Shown in pieces: positions 28,775 to 38,085 of a DNA stretch of 64,000 nucleotides. The DNA comes from a virus. Its lineage: Duplodnaviria; Caudoviricetes. The position numbers and the translations under genes were made by a program. The notes under the pieces are model-generated. The model ran no database searches, was not told the origin of the DNA, and saw nothing but the letters and a program-made list of their open reading frames with translations. Position 1 is the first letter of the stretch. Each line of letters opens with the position of its first letter. The stretch lies in IMG/VR virus record IMGVR_UViG_3300021387_000688. One strand, 5' to 3'.

Positions 28775-30475
28775 TTATTTGAACAATTTTTCAAACTGTT
28801 CCATCTGAGTTTTGCTATAAATTCTTTCAAGTGGCATATCGATTTTACGACACCACTTAGATACGATAGCTGGATCGATATAAGCACCTTTTGAAGTAGA
28901 TGCTGTAAAGTTCTGAGTCTTTTCTTTCTGAGAAAGATTCATTTTTGCAATATCGTACTTCTGCTTTGTATTTTCATTCTGTTCCTGAAGTTTCTTAACC
29001 TTATCTTTCCAACCTTCTTTCTTTGCAGCTTTCAAAGCTTTAATCTTAGCTTCGCGTTTTGCAATTGTTTCTTCAACTTTTGCTTCACGTTCTTTAAGAC
29101 TTTCTTCCTTCTCGGCAAACTTTGCTTTACGCTTTTCTTCTGCAACTTTGTTAACACCGCGCTGATGATTCAGTCTCTTTGCAACTTCCATATTTGCTTC
29201 TTCAAATGCAAGTTTCTTAAGAGCAATTGGAGAATCCTTAGTTACATGGAACTTCTTAACAGCTTCTTCCAATGCATTTGTCATTGTATAAGCGGCTACT
29301 GCAGTACGAGCAAGTTTAGGAGAGAAGATTCCGTCAAGCTCAGGTACAATTGCACCTATATAAGCCTTAATATCATTTTTGTCAGTTTTGAGCTGTCCAA
29401 ATTCTTTCCAATGCTCTTCAATTTTAGCAGCAAATTCTGTTTCGATTTCAGATACGTCGTGAACCGAATCCTTTCCAAGGAAGTCAAATTTGATTTTGTT
29501 ACCAGAACGTTTTACATCCTTTCCCCATACAAGTGAAAGAAGTCCTTTTGTTCCATTTGTAGTTGCTTTCTTTTCTCCGATACGGATACCTTTTTCAAAA
29601 AGAAGGAATACAGCAATTACAGTTCCTAAATCCTTTGCTTTCTTAGAATTGAAATCGTTCTTAACAGTTTCAAGAATCTTTCCGTAAGATTCTCCAAGTT
29701 CTGCACCAGCATCGTATTTTTTCATCTGTCCTTCAGTCTTTACAGAAGACTTTGCACTAAACATAATCTTCTTACGAGTTGAAGAATAAACTTTAATCAT
29801 TCCACCTTGAGCGTTTGGTACACCAACGACGCTCGGATAATCTGCACAGTGATGAGATTCTGGACGCCATTCATTATGCCATTTTGATTTTTTAGTTTTT
29901 GGATCAACGTAATTAATTACTTCATCCCCGCTGATCAATACTGGATGCTTTTCTGAATTTGTATTCAATACAACATCTTCTGCGGTTACTGCCATTTTCC
30001 AATAACCTGCATAAGGGCAACCTGGGCGACCTGCGTAAATTCCTTCAGGCTCCAATACCCAAGACTGTAAAGGCTCTTTCTCCCCATCTACTATTGCAAA
30101 GCCATATTTTTCTTTACGAAGCTTGTTTGCTTCTTTAGTTTTTTCTTTTCCTTCTTTATCAGCGTCTTTTGCAGCCTTTACTTCTGCATACCATGCACGC
30201 CATTTTTTGATTTCTGGATCTTCGTTTACAAATGCTGGAAGATTAAGATGTCTAGATTTTGTCAACCAATCAGGTCCACCGGCAGCTTCGATACATTCGA
30301 AAACATGTTTAATCCAATTTTCGTCTTGGAAACAAGGAAGTTCTGGATTCCTTCTACAGAAGTCTCCGAAAATTCTATTATAAAGAAGAGAGCCATCAGC
30401 GAAAGGAGGAACAGGTACGAGACCTGGTACTTCCACTGCTTCAAGTTCCAAAGATTTCATAGGTTCAAGTTTCAT
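28775..30475 (-). CDS. DNA topoisomerase IB, long eukaryote/thaumarchaeon-like form
   Basis: KYGFAIVDGEKE, EPEGIYAGR, FDFLGKDS, NHQR, STSKGAYIDP, IYSKTQ; catalytic R298, K335, R390, H437, Y532. Confidence 0.95.
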   Translation of the reverse strand: MKLEPMKSLELEAVEVPGLVPVPPFADGSLLYNRIFGDFCRRNPELPCFQDENWIKHVFECIEAAGGPDWLTKSRHLNLPAFVNEDPEIKKWRAWYAEVKAAKDADKEGKEKTKEANKLRKEKYGFAIVDGEKEPLQSWVLEPEGIYAGRPGCPYAGYWKMAVTAEDVVLNTNSEKHPVLISGDEVINYVDPKTKKSKWHNEWRPESHHCADYPSVVGVPNAQGGMIKVYSSTRKKIMFSAKSSVKTEGQMKKYDAGAELGESYGKILETVKNDFNSKKAKDLGTVIAVFLLFEKGIRIGEKKATTNGTKGLLSLVWGKDVKRSGNKIKFDFLGKDSVHDVSEIETEFAAKIEEHWKEFGQLKTDKNDIKAYIGAIVPELDGIFSPKLARTAVAAYTMTNALEEAVKKFHVTKDSPIALKKLAFEEANMEVAKRLNHQRGVNKVAEEKRKAKFAEKEESLKEREAKVEETIAKREAKIKALKAAKKEGWKDKVKKLQEQNENTKQKYDIAKMNLSQKEKTQNFTASTSKGAYIDPAIVSKWCRKIDMPLERIYSKTQMEQFEKLFK

Positions 30476-30494
30476 TATATTCTCCTATGTTAAA

Positions 30495-30530
30495 AATATA
30501 GCTTTTGCGGGTTTAAGAATTTTCGGAAAA
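30495..30530 (-). promoter_or_regulatory. TTTTnnGAAA-N20-TATATT promoter (representative copy, before topoisomerase IB)
   Basis: Same spacing at -24788/24817, -31690/31719, -41523/41552 and +57727/57756; N19 at -5216/5244. Confidence 0.65.
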
Positions 30531-30531
30531 A

Positions 30532-30687
30532 TTAAGACCAAGCCAAAGTTTCTGGATTTTCTACAATCTTTTCTGCGGTAGCTTCAATGGCTTCTTCCAA
30601 ATCGTATTGATTGGTTGCAATCAAATATTTAATACGCTGAATACGGATCATGCGATCTGAAATAGTTTTACTTACCTTTTTGAACAT
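30532..30687 (-). CDS. FlgM-like (anti-sigma28) small protein, 51 aa
   Basis: MFKKVSKTISDRMIRIQRIKYLIATNQYDLEEAIEATAEKIVENPETLAWS; perfect AGGAGGT SD; below the ORF-track length cutoff. Confidence 0.55.
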   Translation of the reverse strand: MFKKVSKTISDRMIRIQRIKYLIATNQYDLEEAIEATAEKIVENPETLAWS

Positions 30688-30698
30688 AAAATACCTCC

Positions 30699-30989
30699 TT
30701 AGTTTTTATGTAATGCATAAATCAAATAGTTTTTAGCTCCGGCTACTCTTTTTGCAAATTCGGAATCATTTAGCGGAATCAATTCTGCATAAATGTTTAG
30801 AGTTTCCAACTGCCCGTTTTTGTCGTAAACTTTTGAAGCATAAATTACATGATCTACTCCAGTTTTCTTCAAAACCTTTTTAGCCTGCATTTCATACTTT
30901 TGAATCTGTTTCGGAATCTGATCCAATTTAATAGTTCCAAAAGATGTATAATACTGGTGATGTTCCTGATACTCTACAGCTCTAAACAT
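30699..30989 (-). CDS. Hypothetical protein
   Basis: Start moved to MFRAVEY (AGGGGG SD); coupled to the upstream DUF2786-like gene. Confidence 0.65.
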   Translation of the reverse strand: MFRAVEYQEHHQYYTSFGTIKLDQIPKQIQKYEMQAKKVLKKTGVDHVIYASKVYDKNGQLETLNIYAELIPLNDSEFAKRVAGAKNYLIYALHKN

Positions 30990-30993
30990 TTTA

Positions 30994-31683
30994 TTACCCC
31001 CTATATTCAATTCCGGTTGCACCGAACTGGCGATTAAGAGAAATGTTATTTCCCTCTACCATTCCGCTTGTATAAGCAATTGAATCTCTTATAGCTGCTC
31101 CGTTCATTTTATAATCACCAAGTTTGCCATAAGAATTATTAATCCAATTTTCTACTTCATCAAGTGGTACTAAACCCCACTTGTCAGTTTTTGGAGCAGT
31201 TGATTTAATTTCATTGATTTTAGTTCTAACAGAATCTACTACACCAGTACAGTAAGCATTTCTAGAAGAAGGGCAATCTCCAACTCTTCTAGCTTCTTTA
31301 ATAGTTTTGTCACGAATCCAATTATACATCAACTTTGCAGTCAATCTGTTGCCTTCGCGACCAATTACTACAAGATGACATTTCTTATCCCAATAAGTTC
31401 CCAAACCAGATCTTAATACTTTACAATCGAACAACTTACTGATGGATACAAAAAGATTGATTTCCCATTTACGATACTGTTTTTTATCTTCGTCCAATGT
31501 TTCTTGATCCAAGCAACCCAAGATTTCGTCTCTTGAATATTTCTGGACATCTTCCATAGATATTCCGTGCTCGCGCATCAAATCATAAGCTCTTTTTAAA
31601 GCTGTTTCTGCTTCGCCAGCATAATCAGTACCGTTTCCAAGATTTATAAGTTTTTCAATTTTCGAAAGTAATTTGTCATCCAT
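30994..31683 (-). CDS. DUF2786-domain protein
   Basis: KLLSKIEKLINL......EAETALKRAYDLMREHGIS N-terminus; W...LF..I..LF.C; S.NAY..G. Confidence 0.85.
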   Translation of the reverse strand: MDDKLLSKIEKLINLGNGTDYAGEAETALKRAYDLMREHGISMEDVQKYSRDEILGCLDQETLDEDKKQYRKWEINLFVSISKLFDCKVLRSGLGTYWDKKCHLVVIGREGNRLTAKLMYNWIRDKTIKEARRVGDCPSSRNAYCTGVVDSVRTKINEIKSTAPKTDKWGLVPLDEVENWINNSYGKLGDYKMNGAAIRDSIAYTSGMVEGNNISLNRQFGATGIEYRG

Positions 31684-31733
31684 GTTAATAATATAGCTTA
31701 AACCCGGAAACTGAATTTCTAAAAAGGCAAAAG

Positions 31734-31757
31734 AAAAGGACTCTTTTTAGAGTCCTT
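31734..31757 (-). terminator. Intrinsic terminator
   Basis: AAGGACTCT-TTTT-AGAGTCCTT with an A-tract on the left. Confidence 0.8.
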
Positions 31758-31761
31758 GAAT

Positions 31762-31917
31762 CTACTTAGATGCTTCTACCTTTGCCCAAAGCTTAAAGCC
31801 TTCATAAGCTTCGACAAAATCTGCAGGATCATCATAGTACCAAATAATACCATTGTAACAAATTCCATTACAATGTTCGATCTTAGTTTTCTTAGATTTC
31901 TTCTTATTCTTTGCCAT
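31762..31917 (-). CDS. Small hypothetical protein with a basic N-terminus (51 aa)
   Basis: MAKNKKKSKKTKIEHCNGICYNGIIWYYDDPADFVEAYEGFKLWAKVEASK; TATATT 6 nt before the ATG; terminator follows; not in the ORF track. Confidence 0.6.
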   Translation of the reverse strand: MAKNKKKSKKTKIEHCNGICYNGIIWYYDDPADFVEAYEGFKLWAKVEASK

Positions 31918-31932
31918 ATTAAAAATATAGAT

Positions 31933-33726
31933 TTAGGCTCCGAATCCGATTCGTTTAGATTCTGTTTTTTGTAACTTTTCTTTTTGACAGAAATCTATCA
32001 ATTGATTAATATCAGGTTTAGTTCCATAAAGGATATAATCCATTTCAGATTTTCTAACAATATTATCAATCTGTCCACCTGACAAATCAAACTCGTTTGC
32101 AAGCCGTTTAGAATCTTCATCTGAAAGTTCTGGCATCTTGTTTTTCCAAATCTTCTGTTTAACTTCCAATGTTGGATTTTCAAACTTAAGCTTAAACAAT
32201 AAACGCCTATCAAAAGCACTATCCAAGTTATCAGTCATGTTAGAAGTTAAACAACAAATGCCGTCAAACTTTTCAAACTCTTCCAATATAATGTTTTGGA
32301 TAGAATTTTCCATTTTAGTTACAGATGCATTTCTATCACCGTCCAAAGAACTTCGTTTAGAAATAATTGCATCTGCTTCATTGAACAACAAAATAGGTTT
32401 TAATACATCTGTACAACTTCTGTAAGTATCGAATACTTTTTTAATATTCTTTTCAGATTCGCCTACCCAACAATTTCTGATTTCTTGAATGTTAACATGC
32501 AATACACTTCGTCCTGTTTTCTTAGCAATTTGCATTACAGTTTCAGTTTTACCAGTACCAGGAGCGCCATGTAATAATATTGTCAATCCTTTTGGTAAAT
32601 TCTTTTCTTCCAAACGCTTTCTCATTTCTTGGAAAGTTTCTTCTTTACAAAGATTTTCCAAACGTTCGATATCTTTTGCATTAGCAGGGTTGTAGAAGAG
32701 TTCTTTAGCTTTAATATCTTCTACATTTATTTTACCCAATTCTTTTATAGTAGCTTGATGAAGATATAAAGCATTATCTCCTTTGAAAATCATTTCCTTA
32801 GCTTTATTGCCCCACATAAGCATCATATCGTCCCCAAAGTTGTTTTTATCGACTTCAAAGATTTTTTCTTTTATAAAATAATTGGTTTCATTTTTAAAAG
32901 TTTTTAAAAGATCAATTACATCGCGAGGAGTTGCATTTCTTATAACAGTCTCTATTACTTCCCTACAACTTATACTATCATCTTTCAACAAATAAGAACC
33001 TGCGTAAGTAAAGAACTGTAAAGGTTCTTCTACTCTGCCAAAACCTTCTGGTACAGCATCCATTGTTTCAGGAATAAGTGGTTTAAGAATAGGATCGTCT
33101 TTGTATAAGGCGTTTACGATTTTACTATAATAATCTACTTTGTTTGTCCATCCTTCCCTATTGACCCTTGTTAAATAAGAAAGAGTATCAAATACAGTAT
33201 CTGTATTAGTAGGTTTGTGAGGCTCAAACTTTTGATTGTACTGGGCCCTTTTTAATACATCATCTGCTACTACAAATTGCAATAAAGAATCAAAAGACCC
33301 CTCGATATAAGGTACATCAAACCTACAAGACAAAACATTTTTCTTTAACAAATAATCCATATCTGGATAGTACTCGCCATATTCTGAAGGCATTACATCC
33401 ATATCTGTTTGCAGATCATTCATGTCAAAGTACATTGATCCGTTTACAGATTCTACTGCAAAGTAAGAAAACAAGCAGGCCTGAGCTTTAGATAATTTTG
33501 CATATCTCATAACCTGCTGTAAAGATTGAGTTGTTGGAATATCTATTTTATTCTTTCTACACATAGAGAGGTATACATCCCTCATCGCAGCGAAGATAGG
33601 TTTCTTTGTTGGTTTTCTTTTAGATTCTGTTTTGGATTTGCTCACTTTTTCTGCACCTGCCGTTAGCATTCTTTTTCTAGCTTTAATATTATTATTAGTG
33701 AGAAAAATTCTATCTATATCTCCCAT
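31933..33726 (-). CDS. AAA+ ATPase (classic clade) with a long N-terminal domain
   Basis: GAPGTGKT, WVGESEKNI, LLFNEAD, TSN...LDSAFDRR, LSGGQIDN, C-terminal IGF. Confidence 0.9.
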   Translation of the reverse strand: MGDIDRIFLTNNNIKARKRMLTAGAEKVSKSKTESKRKPTKKPIFAAMRDVYLSMCRKNKIDIPTTQSLQQVMRYAKLSKAQACLFSYFAVESVNGSMYFDMNDLQTDMDVMPSEYGEYYPDMDYLLKKNVLSCRFDVPYIEGSFDSLLQFVVADDVLKRAQYNQKFEPHKPTNTDTVFDTLSYLTRVNREGWTNKVDYYSKIVNALYKDDPILKPLIPETMDAVPEGFGRVEEPLQFFTYAGSYLLKDDSISCREVIETVIRNATPRDVIDLLKTFKNETNYFIKEKIFEVDKNNFGDDMMLMWGNKAKEMIFKGDNALYLHQATIKELGKINVEDIKAKELFYNPANAKDIERLENLCKEETFQEMRKRLEEKNLPKGLTILLHGAPGTGKTETVMQIAKKTGRSVLHVNIQEIRNCWVGESEKNIKKVFDTYRSCTDVLKPILLFNEADAIISKRSSLDGDRNASVTKMENSIQNIILEEFEKFDGICCLTSNMTDNLDSAFDRRLLFKLKFENPTLEVKQKIWKNKMPELSDEDSKRLANEFDLSGGQIDNIVRKSEMDYILYGTKPDINQLIDFCQKEKLQKTESKRIGFGA

Positions 33727-33823
33727 GTAAAACTCCTGTTAGTCTATATACTATAGAAAATTTTTAAAGGATTTCTTCCAACTTTTTAATTGAAATGTAC
33801 GAAACGTTTTCTATAATTAGAAT

Positions 33824-34432
33824 ATGGAAGTAGAAACTAGGAATAAAATTTCAGAAAAATTGAAAGGTAATAAAAACCATTTAGGAAAGAATCAATCCGA
33901 AAACTCTAAGATTAAAATCAAGTTGGCCAATGAAGGATACAAATGGTACAATGATGGTACAACAGAAGTTAAAGCTAAAACATGTCCAGCTGGTTTTACA
34001 AAAGGAAGATTAAAAACTAAAAAATGGTATGCTAATAATGAAACCGAAGTTTATGCAACTTCCAAACCCTCTGATGATTTTGTTAGAGGTAAAAGAATAA
34101 CTAACAATGGAAAGAAATGGTACAATGATGGTAGGAAGAATTTTCTATTAGAAGAAGAACCTACTTCCGAATTAATGGTAGGATTAGTTATGCCCGGTAT
34201 GCATAAAAATCCTCATAAAAAAGTTGAAGGTCCGAAACCAGTTGTAGGTGCACCTTCTATTACAAAAAGAGATGAACCATTAATTGCAAAGAAAAATGTA
34301 AAATATGCTTTGGAACAAAAACCTAAAGTAGAAACCAAAGAACCTGCCAAGTTTACTTTAACTCAAATAAAAGGATATAGTCCTAGTGAAAAGTATTTGA
34401 AGCTTTGGGATAAGTTTAAGAGTTCCAACTAA
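33824..34432 (+). CDS. NUMOD3/KWYNDG-repeat DNA-binding protein without an evident nuclease domain
   Basis: ETRNKISEKLKG..NHLGK..SE.SK.KI (NUMOD3) and three KWY(N/A)xx repeats ending in G. Confidence 0.7.
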   Translation: MEVETRNKISEKLKGNKNHLGKNQSENSKIKIKLANEGYKWYNDGTTEVKAKTCPAGFTKGRLKTKKWYANNETEVYATSKPSDDFVRGKRITNNGKKWYNDGRKNFLLEEEPTSELMVGLVMPGMHKNPHKKVEGPKPVVGAPSITKRDEPLIAKKNVKYALEQKPKVETKEPAKFTLTQIKGYSPSEKYLKLWDKFKSSN

Positions 34433-34440
34433 TTGAAAAT

Positions 34441-35193
34441 ATGTCAGAACAGTTGAATAGAAACCCCGTTCAAATTCCTTCAGGGCATAGAGAGAAATAC
34501 AATGCCCTTACGAGAGAATTATTCTGGGATGTTAAAGACCGTAGTTTATTTTTAAGAATGCCTAATGACGGCTTTGATAAAAGCTGGGTACTCATTGGCG
34601 GAGACGGTAAACAAAATCCTATGGTGGCAGGGGACAATCTTGAAATCAATTATCGAGAAGATGATCCTAAACATTGGTTTAATGCAGAATTAAGATTAAT
34701 AGATGACATAGATATTAATACAATGGAGCTTGGGAAGTTTGCGGCTCCAGATGTTAGAAGATGGAAGGGAACAATTAAGTTAGGAGAAATTAGGAATTGT
34801 ACATTCTTTCCTGTAACTTTATTTTTCGATCCTTTTCCCTCAAAAGCTACAATAGGTGGAAAATTCTTAATTAAAATAACTAGAGGGGATATTACAGAGT
34901 GGGGTGTTTACCAAGCCACAATTACTTCTAGTGGTAGAGGAGTTATATTTGGTAGTGATACTTTAGATACTAAATGCACTATAGATAAAATAACTCTTAA
35001 AGATGGTAATAGGTATTTAGGATTCAAAACTCATCAAACTGAAGAATGGGATAATGGAGTTAAAGTTCCTGTAAGCCCTGATAAGTTTGAAGTATGGTTT
35101 AATGGATGGGATACAAGGACAAAAGATATGTTACCTCCTTATGATTTTACAGATAAAGATTTTACTTCTATAAGGGTAATTGCGAGAGGATAA
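34441..35193 (+). CDS. Virion/fibre-associated protein, paralog of the next gene's scaffold
   Basis: Shares AGDN.EI, L.DDIDINT..LGKF, RWKGT.KLGE and WFNGW with 35195-38077; late motif. Confidence 0.6.
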   Translation: MSEQLNRNPVQIPSGHREKYNALTRELFWDVKDRSLFLRMPNDGFDKSWVLIGGDGKQNPMVAGDNLEINYREDDPKHWFNAELRLIDDIDINTMELGKFAAPDVRRWKGTIKLGEIRNCTFFPVTLFFDPFPSKATIGGKFLIKITRGDITEWGVYQATITSSGRGVIFGSDTLDTKCTIDKITLKDGNRYLGFKTHQTEEWDNGVKVPVSPDKFEVWFNGWDTRTKDMLPPYDFTDKDFTSIRVIARG

Positions 35194-35194
35194 A

Positions 35195-38077
35195 ATGGCA
35201 AATAGAGTTAGAACAACTACTACAGTAGATGAAAAGAAAGAACAAATAAGAGATGAAATAATTCTAAACAGAGAACTTCTTTATACAAAAGATAAAGAGG
35301 CTATGTACATTAAGTACAATAATGAACTTGTACCGGTCGGAGGAAGCCTCAAACAAAATTACCTAGAAGCCGGGGATAATATTGAAATACATAGAAGGGA
35401 TGAAAATGATGAAGTAATTTATCCTGAAATTGTTCGGCTCGCAGATGATATTGATATCAATACTTGTACTCTTGGAAAGTTTTCGGATACTCATAGATGG
35501 AAGGGTACTTATAAACTTGGTGAATTAAACGATAACCAAAAGCTTTTTATTTTGACAAAACGTACAGACATAAATGAAGAAATAAAAGGATTTATAGGCG
35601 GCGAAATCTTAATTAAAATGATTACCGATAAAGATGAAGAACTTTATGGCCACTTTGCAATGACTTGTGCTTCAACAGGTTCTTGGTCTTTGAAAGGGGC
35701 ATCTGGTACAGCTAACAATGTTCGTATGTGTAGATGTAAAAGACTTTCAGATGAAGAAATGTTTTATGGATTAAAAATACCTGTAGGTCCTTTTGAAAAC
35801 TATGGTACAGTAGATCACCCAACTCATGAAATAACAGATTTATTTTCTTATGTAGGTTTAAGGTCCGCAGAAGATTCTAGTCATCTTTGGATTTATACAT
35901 CTGATACAAAATATATGGCTTTGGAAAAAGAAGATCATATAGATGATGTAGTTTGGAAAGCTGCAGCAGGAGATGCTGATGGTTTACACATGTCTAGAGA
36001 TTTATGGACAGCCGGTTTTGACAATTACGATTGGATGGTAGGTTTCTCTGAAAACCACCCTGATATGTTTGGGGAAGAGACTGAATCTGAATGGGCCAAT
36101 TTAATAGGTAAAGGATATAAAATAGGATTGGTAATGGATACAGCAGAAGGAATGTCTTCTGCTTATAAGGTACATGCAACTACTAGTTCAATTTATTTAA
36201 GAAGAACTGGAAATCATGCATTTAGACTCCAAAGAGGTACTGGCGATAACTGGTGGACACCTAGATACGATTTTACAGATAGAGGATATGAAAGCCAAAT
36301 TTATCCAGATAATCCGAAGCCGGCTTCTAACTACAACCATTGGTATACGATGCCAATGCCTAACTTCTTTAATGTACTTGGTATAACACCTGAAGGAGAT
36401 TGGACCCAATACAATAACAATAATTATTTATTTGGTATGCGTATTTATACTAACGGAGATAGTACACGTATAACTGTAGTAGCTATTATGAGGAATACTA
36501 ACGCTTTACCTCAAGTAAAAGCTATTAACGCAGAGGATACAGACATTGAGTTCAATTGGGATTCTTCTTTAGTAAACTTAAAAAATGGTAATACGGATGG
36601 TTGGGATGTAGCTTATCCTGCTATGCCTCAAAATACAGATGTAGATATTTTTAAGTTTATAGATAGAACCGCGGTACCTCAAAAATTGGGTTTACAGCTT
36701 AGGGTTGTTTCAATAGGGGTGTATGACGAAGATAACAATCCAGTAGAAACTGATTTAGATTTTACAAAATTCGATAACAGTTACTTAACAAATAATTACA
36801 ACTTTATCATGAGTTTAGGAAACAATCGTGTTCCAGTATTTGGAAACAATGTAGGTCACCCTTACGGTATACCAATATTGTTATATGAGGGGCAGGAAGA
36901 TGTAACTCAAGATGATAGGACTACTTTGTTAGGGGAGCAAAGGGCCGCTTACGACCAAACAGTTCATCATTATAGTGTAGAAGCCTATATGGATGAATTA
37001 AATATTAAGCATGCAGAATTCTGGTTTAACGGATGGAAAGATATTCCAGAATCTTTACAATTGGAAAGTTATGCAGATGAGGATTTCGATTATGTAGTTT
37101 TATCAGATAGTTCTACAGATAACGACTATTATGCTGAAACTAGATATTTTGGAACGGTAAGTGAATACTTAAATGCTCAAACCGGTTTAGCTTCAATGCA
37201 GGATACAGGAGAAGATAACGCTCCTTATAAAATCATCATTACGCAAGAATATTTGTCTATGCAGGATTTAAGAAACATTGCAAGTATGGTGCAGCATTTG
37301 GAAAGACAAGTATCGTTAGACTTAAGTAGATGTACTGTTAGAAATGATGCAAGGGTATGGAATAGTGCAATTTTCGAAGGGTGTGTATCTTTAAGAGAGT
37401 TGACAATTCCAAAAGGAGTAGTGGAATTCGGTCAAGGTATTTTCAAATGGTGTACTTATTTGAGAAAATTGGATTTGACTCCTTCTGCGGATACTTTAAC
37501 AACTATTGGCGGTACAGCATGGGAACAAAATGCAGGTTTCTTAGTATCTACTCGTGTAACTCAATTAATTATTCCTCCAAACGTAAACTTCTTAAGAAAC
37601 TACTTAGTATATGCATCTAACTTAAAATCTCTTATTTTCTTACACGATAAGAATACAAGTTTTATAGAAGATCAATCTAATGCAACTGCAGCTGCAAGAG
37701 TTGGAAAATTATCAATTGCAGAGTGGGCATGGATAGGTCAAACAAACAGCTCAGGTGCATTAACTTATGAACTACCAGAAGGTTTCCATTTGTTCTTCTC
37801 TTCTTCTTTCTGGAATGAAGGTAGAAGTGCAGGCAATAATAATGGACAACCAAATAGAAATGGTTCAGGATGGGACTGGTATCCAAATGATGCAAATAGA
37901 ACCCGTTGGAATAAGAGAGTAATAGATTCTATTGCTATTTATCCTCAAGACGGTACTCAAGAAGAATGGCAAGCATTTGACGATCAATATCACTGGGGAG
38001 AAGATTTAATCAATCAAGTAAGAGCTTATTTTGGCCACTTAGACCCTATTGAGATTAAACAGAAATTAGCATACTAG
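35195..38077 (+). CDS. Putative receptor-binding/fibre protein with C-terminal BspA-type leucine-rich repeats
   Basis: FEGCVSLRELTIPKGVVEFGQGIFKWCTYLRKLDL, LIIPPNV (LRR_5); start MANRV with GAGGA SD. Confidence 0.7.
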   Translation: MANRVRTTTTVDEKKEQIRDEIILNRELLYTKDKEAMYIKYNNELVPVGGSLKQNYLEAGDNIEIHRRDENDEVIYPEIVRLADDIDINTCTLGKFSDTHRWKGTYKLGELNDNQKLFILTKRTDINEEIKGFIGGEILIKMITDKDEELYGHFAMTCASTGSWSLKGASGTANNVRMCRCKRLSDEEMFYGLKIPVGPFENYGTVDHPTHEITDLFSYVGLRSAEDSSHLWIYTSDTKYMALEKEDHIDDVVWKAAAGDADGLHMSRDLWTAGFDNYDWMVGFSENHPDMFGEETESEWANLIGKGYKIGLVMDTAEGMSSAYKVHATTSSIYLRRTGNHAFRLQRGTGDNWWTPRYDFTDRGYESQIYPDNPKPASNYNHWYTMPMPNFFNVLGITPEGDWTQYNNNNYLFGMRIYTNGDSTRITVVAIMRNTNALPQVKAINAEDTDIEFNWDSSLVNLKNGNTDGWDVAYPAMPQNTDVDIFKFIDRTAVPQKLGLQLRVVSIGVYDEDNNPVETDLDFTKFDNSYLTNNYNFIMSLGNNRVPVFGNNVGHPYGIPILLYEGQEDVTQDDRTTLLGEQRAAYDQTVHHYSVEAYMDELNIKHAEFWFNGWKDIPESLQLESYADEDFDYVVLSDSSTDNDYYAETRYFGTVSEYLNAQTGLASMQDTGEDNAPYKIIITQEYLSMQDLRNIASMVQHLERQVSLDLSRCTVRNDARVWNSAIFEGCVSLRELTIPKGVVEFGQGIFKWCTYLRKLDLTPSADTLTTIGGTAWEQNAGFLVSTRVTQLIIPPNVNFLRNYLVYASNLKSLIFLHDKNTSFIEDQSNATAAARVGKLSIAEWAWIGQTNSSGALTYELPEGFHLFFSSSFWNEGRSAGNNNGQPNRNGSGWDWYPNDANRTRWNKRVIDSIAIYPQDGTQEEWQAFDDQYHWGEDLINQVRAYFGHLDPIEIKQKLAY

Positions 38078-38085
38078 AGGACGAG

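Noticed and set aside
28775-30475. Eukaryotic contamination, or a tyrosine recombinase, as the explanation for the TopIB gene
   Set aside because: It has no introns, has a bacterial SD, the phage promoter motif and a terminator, and its composition matches its neighbours; the TOP1-specific cap, linker and C-terminal motifs rule out an integrase.
32370-32395. Inactive AAA ATPase because Walker B reads LLFNEAD
   Set aside because: The catalytic Glu, Walker A, sensor and Arg fingers are intact, so this change alone does not show inactivity.
34441-38077. Diversity-generating retroelement template/variable repeat pair
   Set aside because: The similarity is protein-level paralogy, not near-identical DNA with adenine-specific mismatches; no reverse transcriptase in the window.
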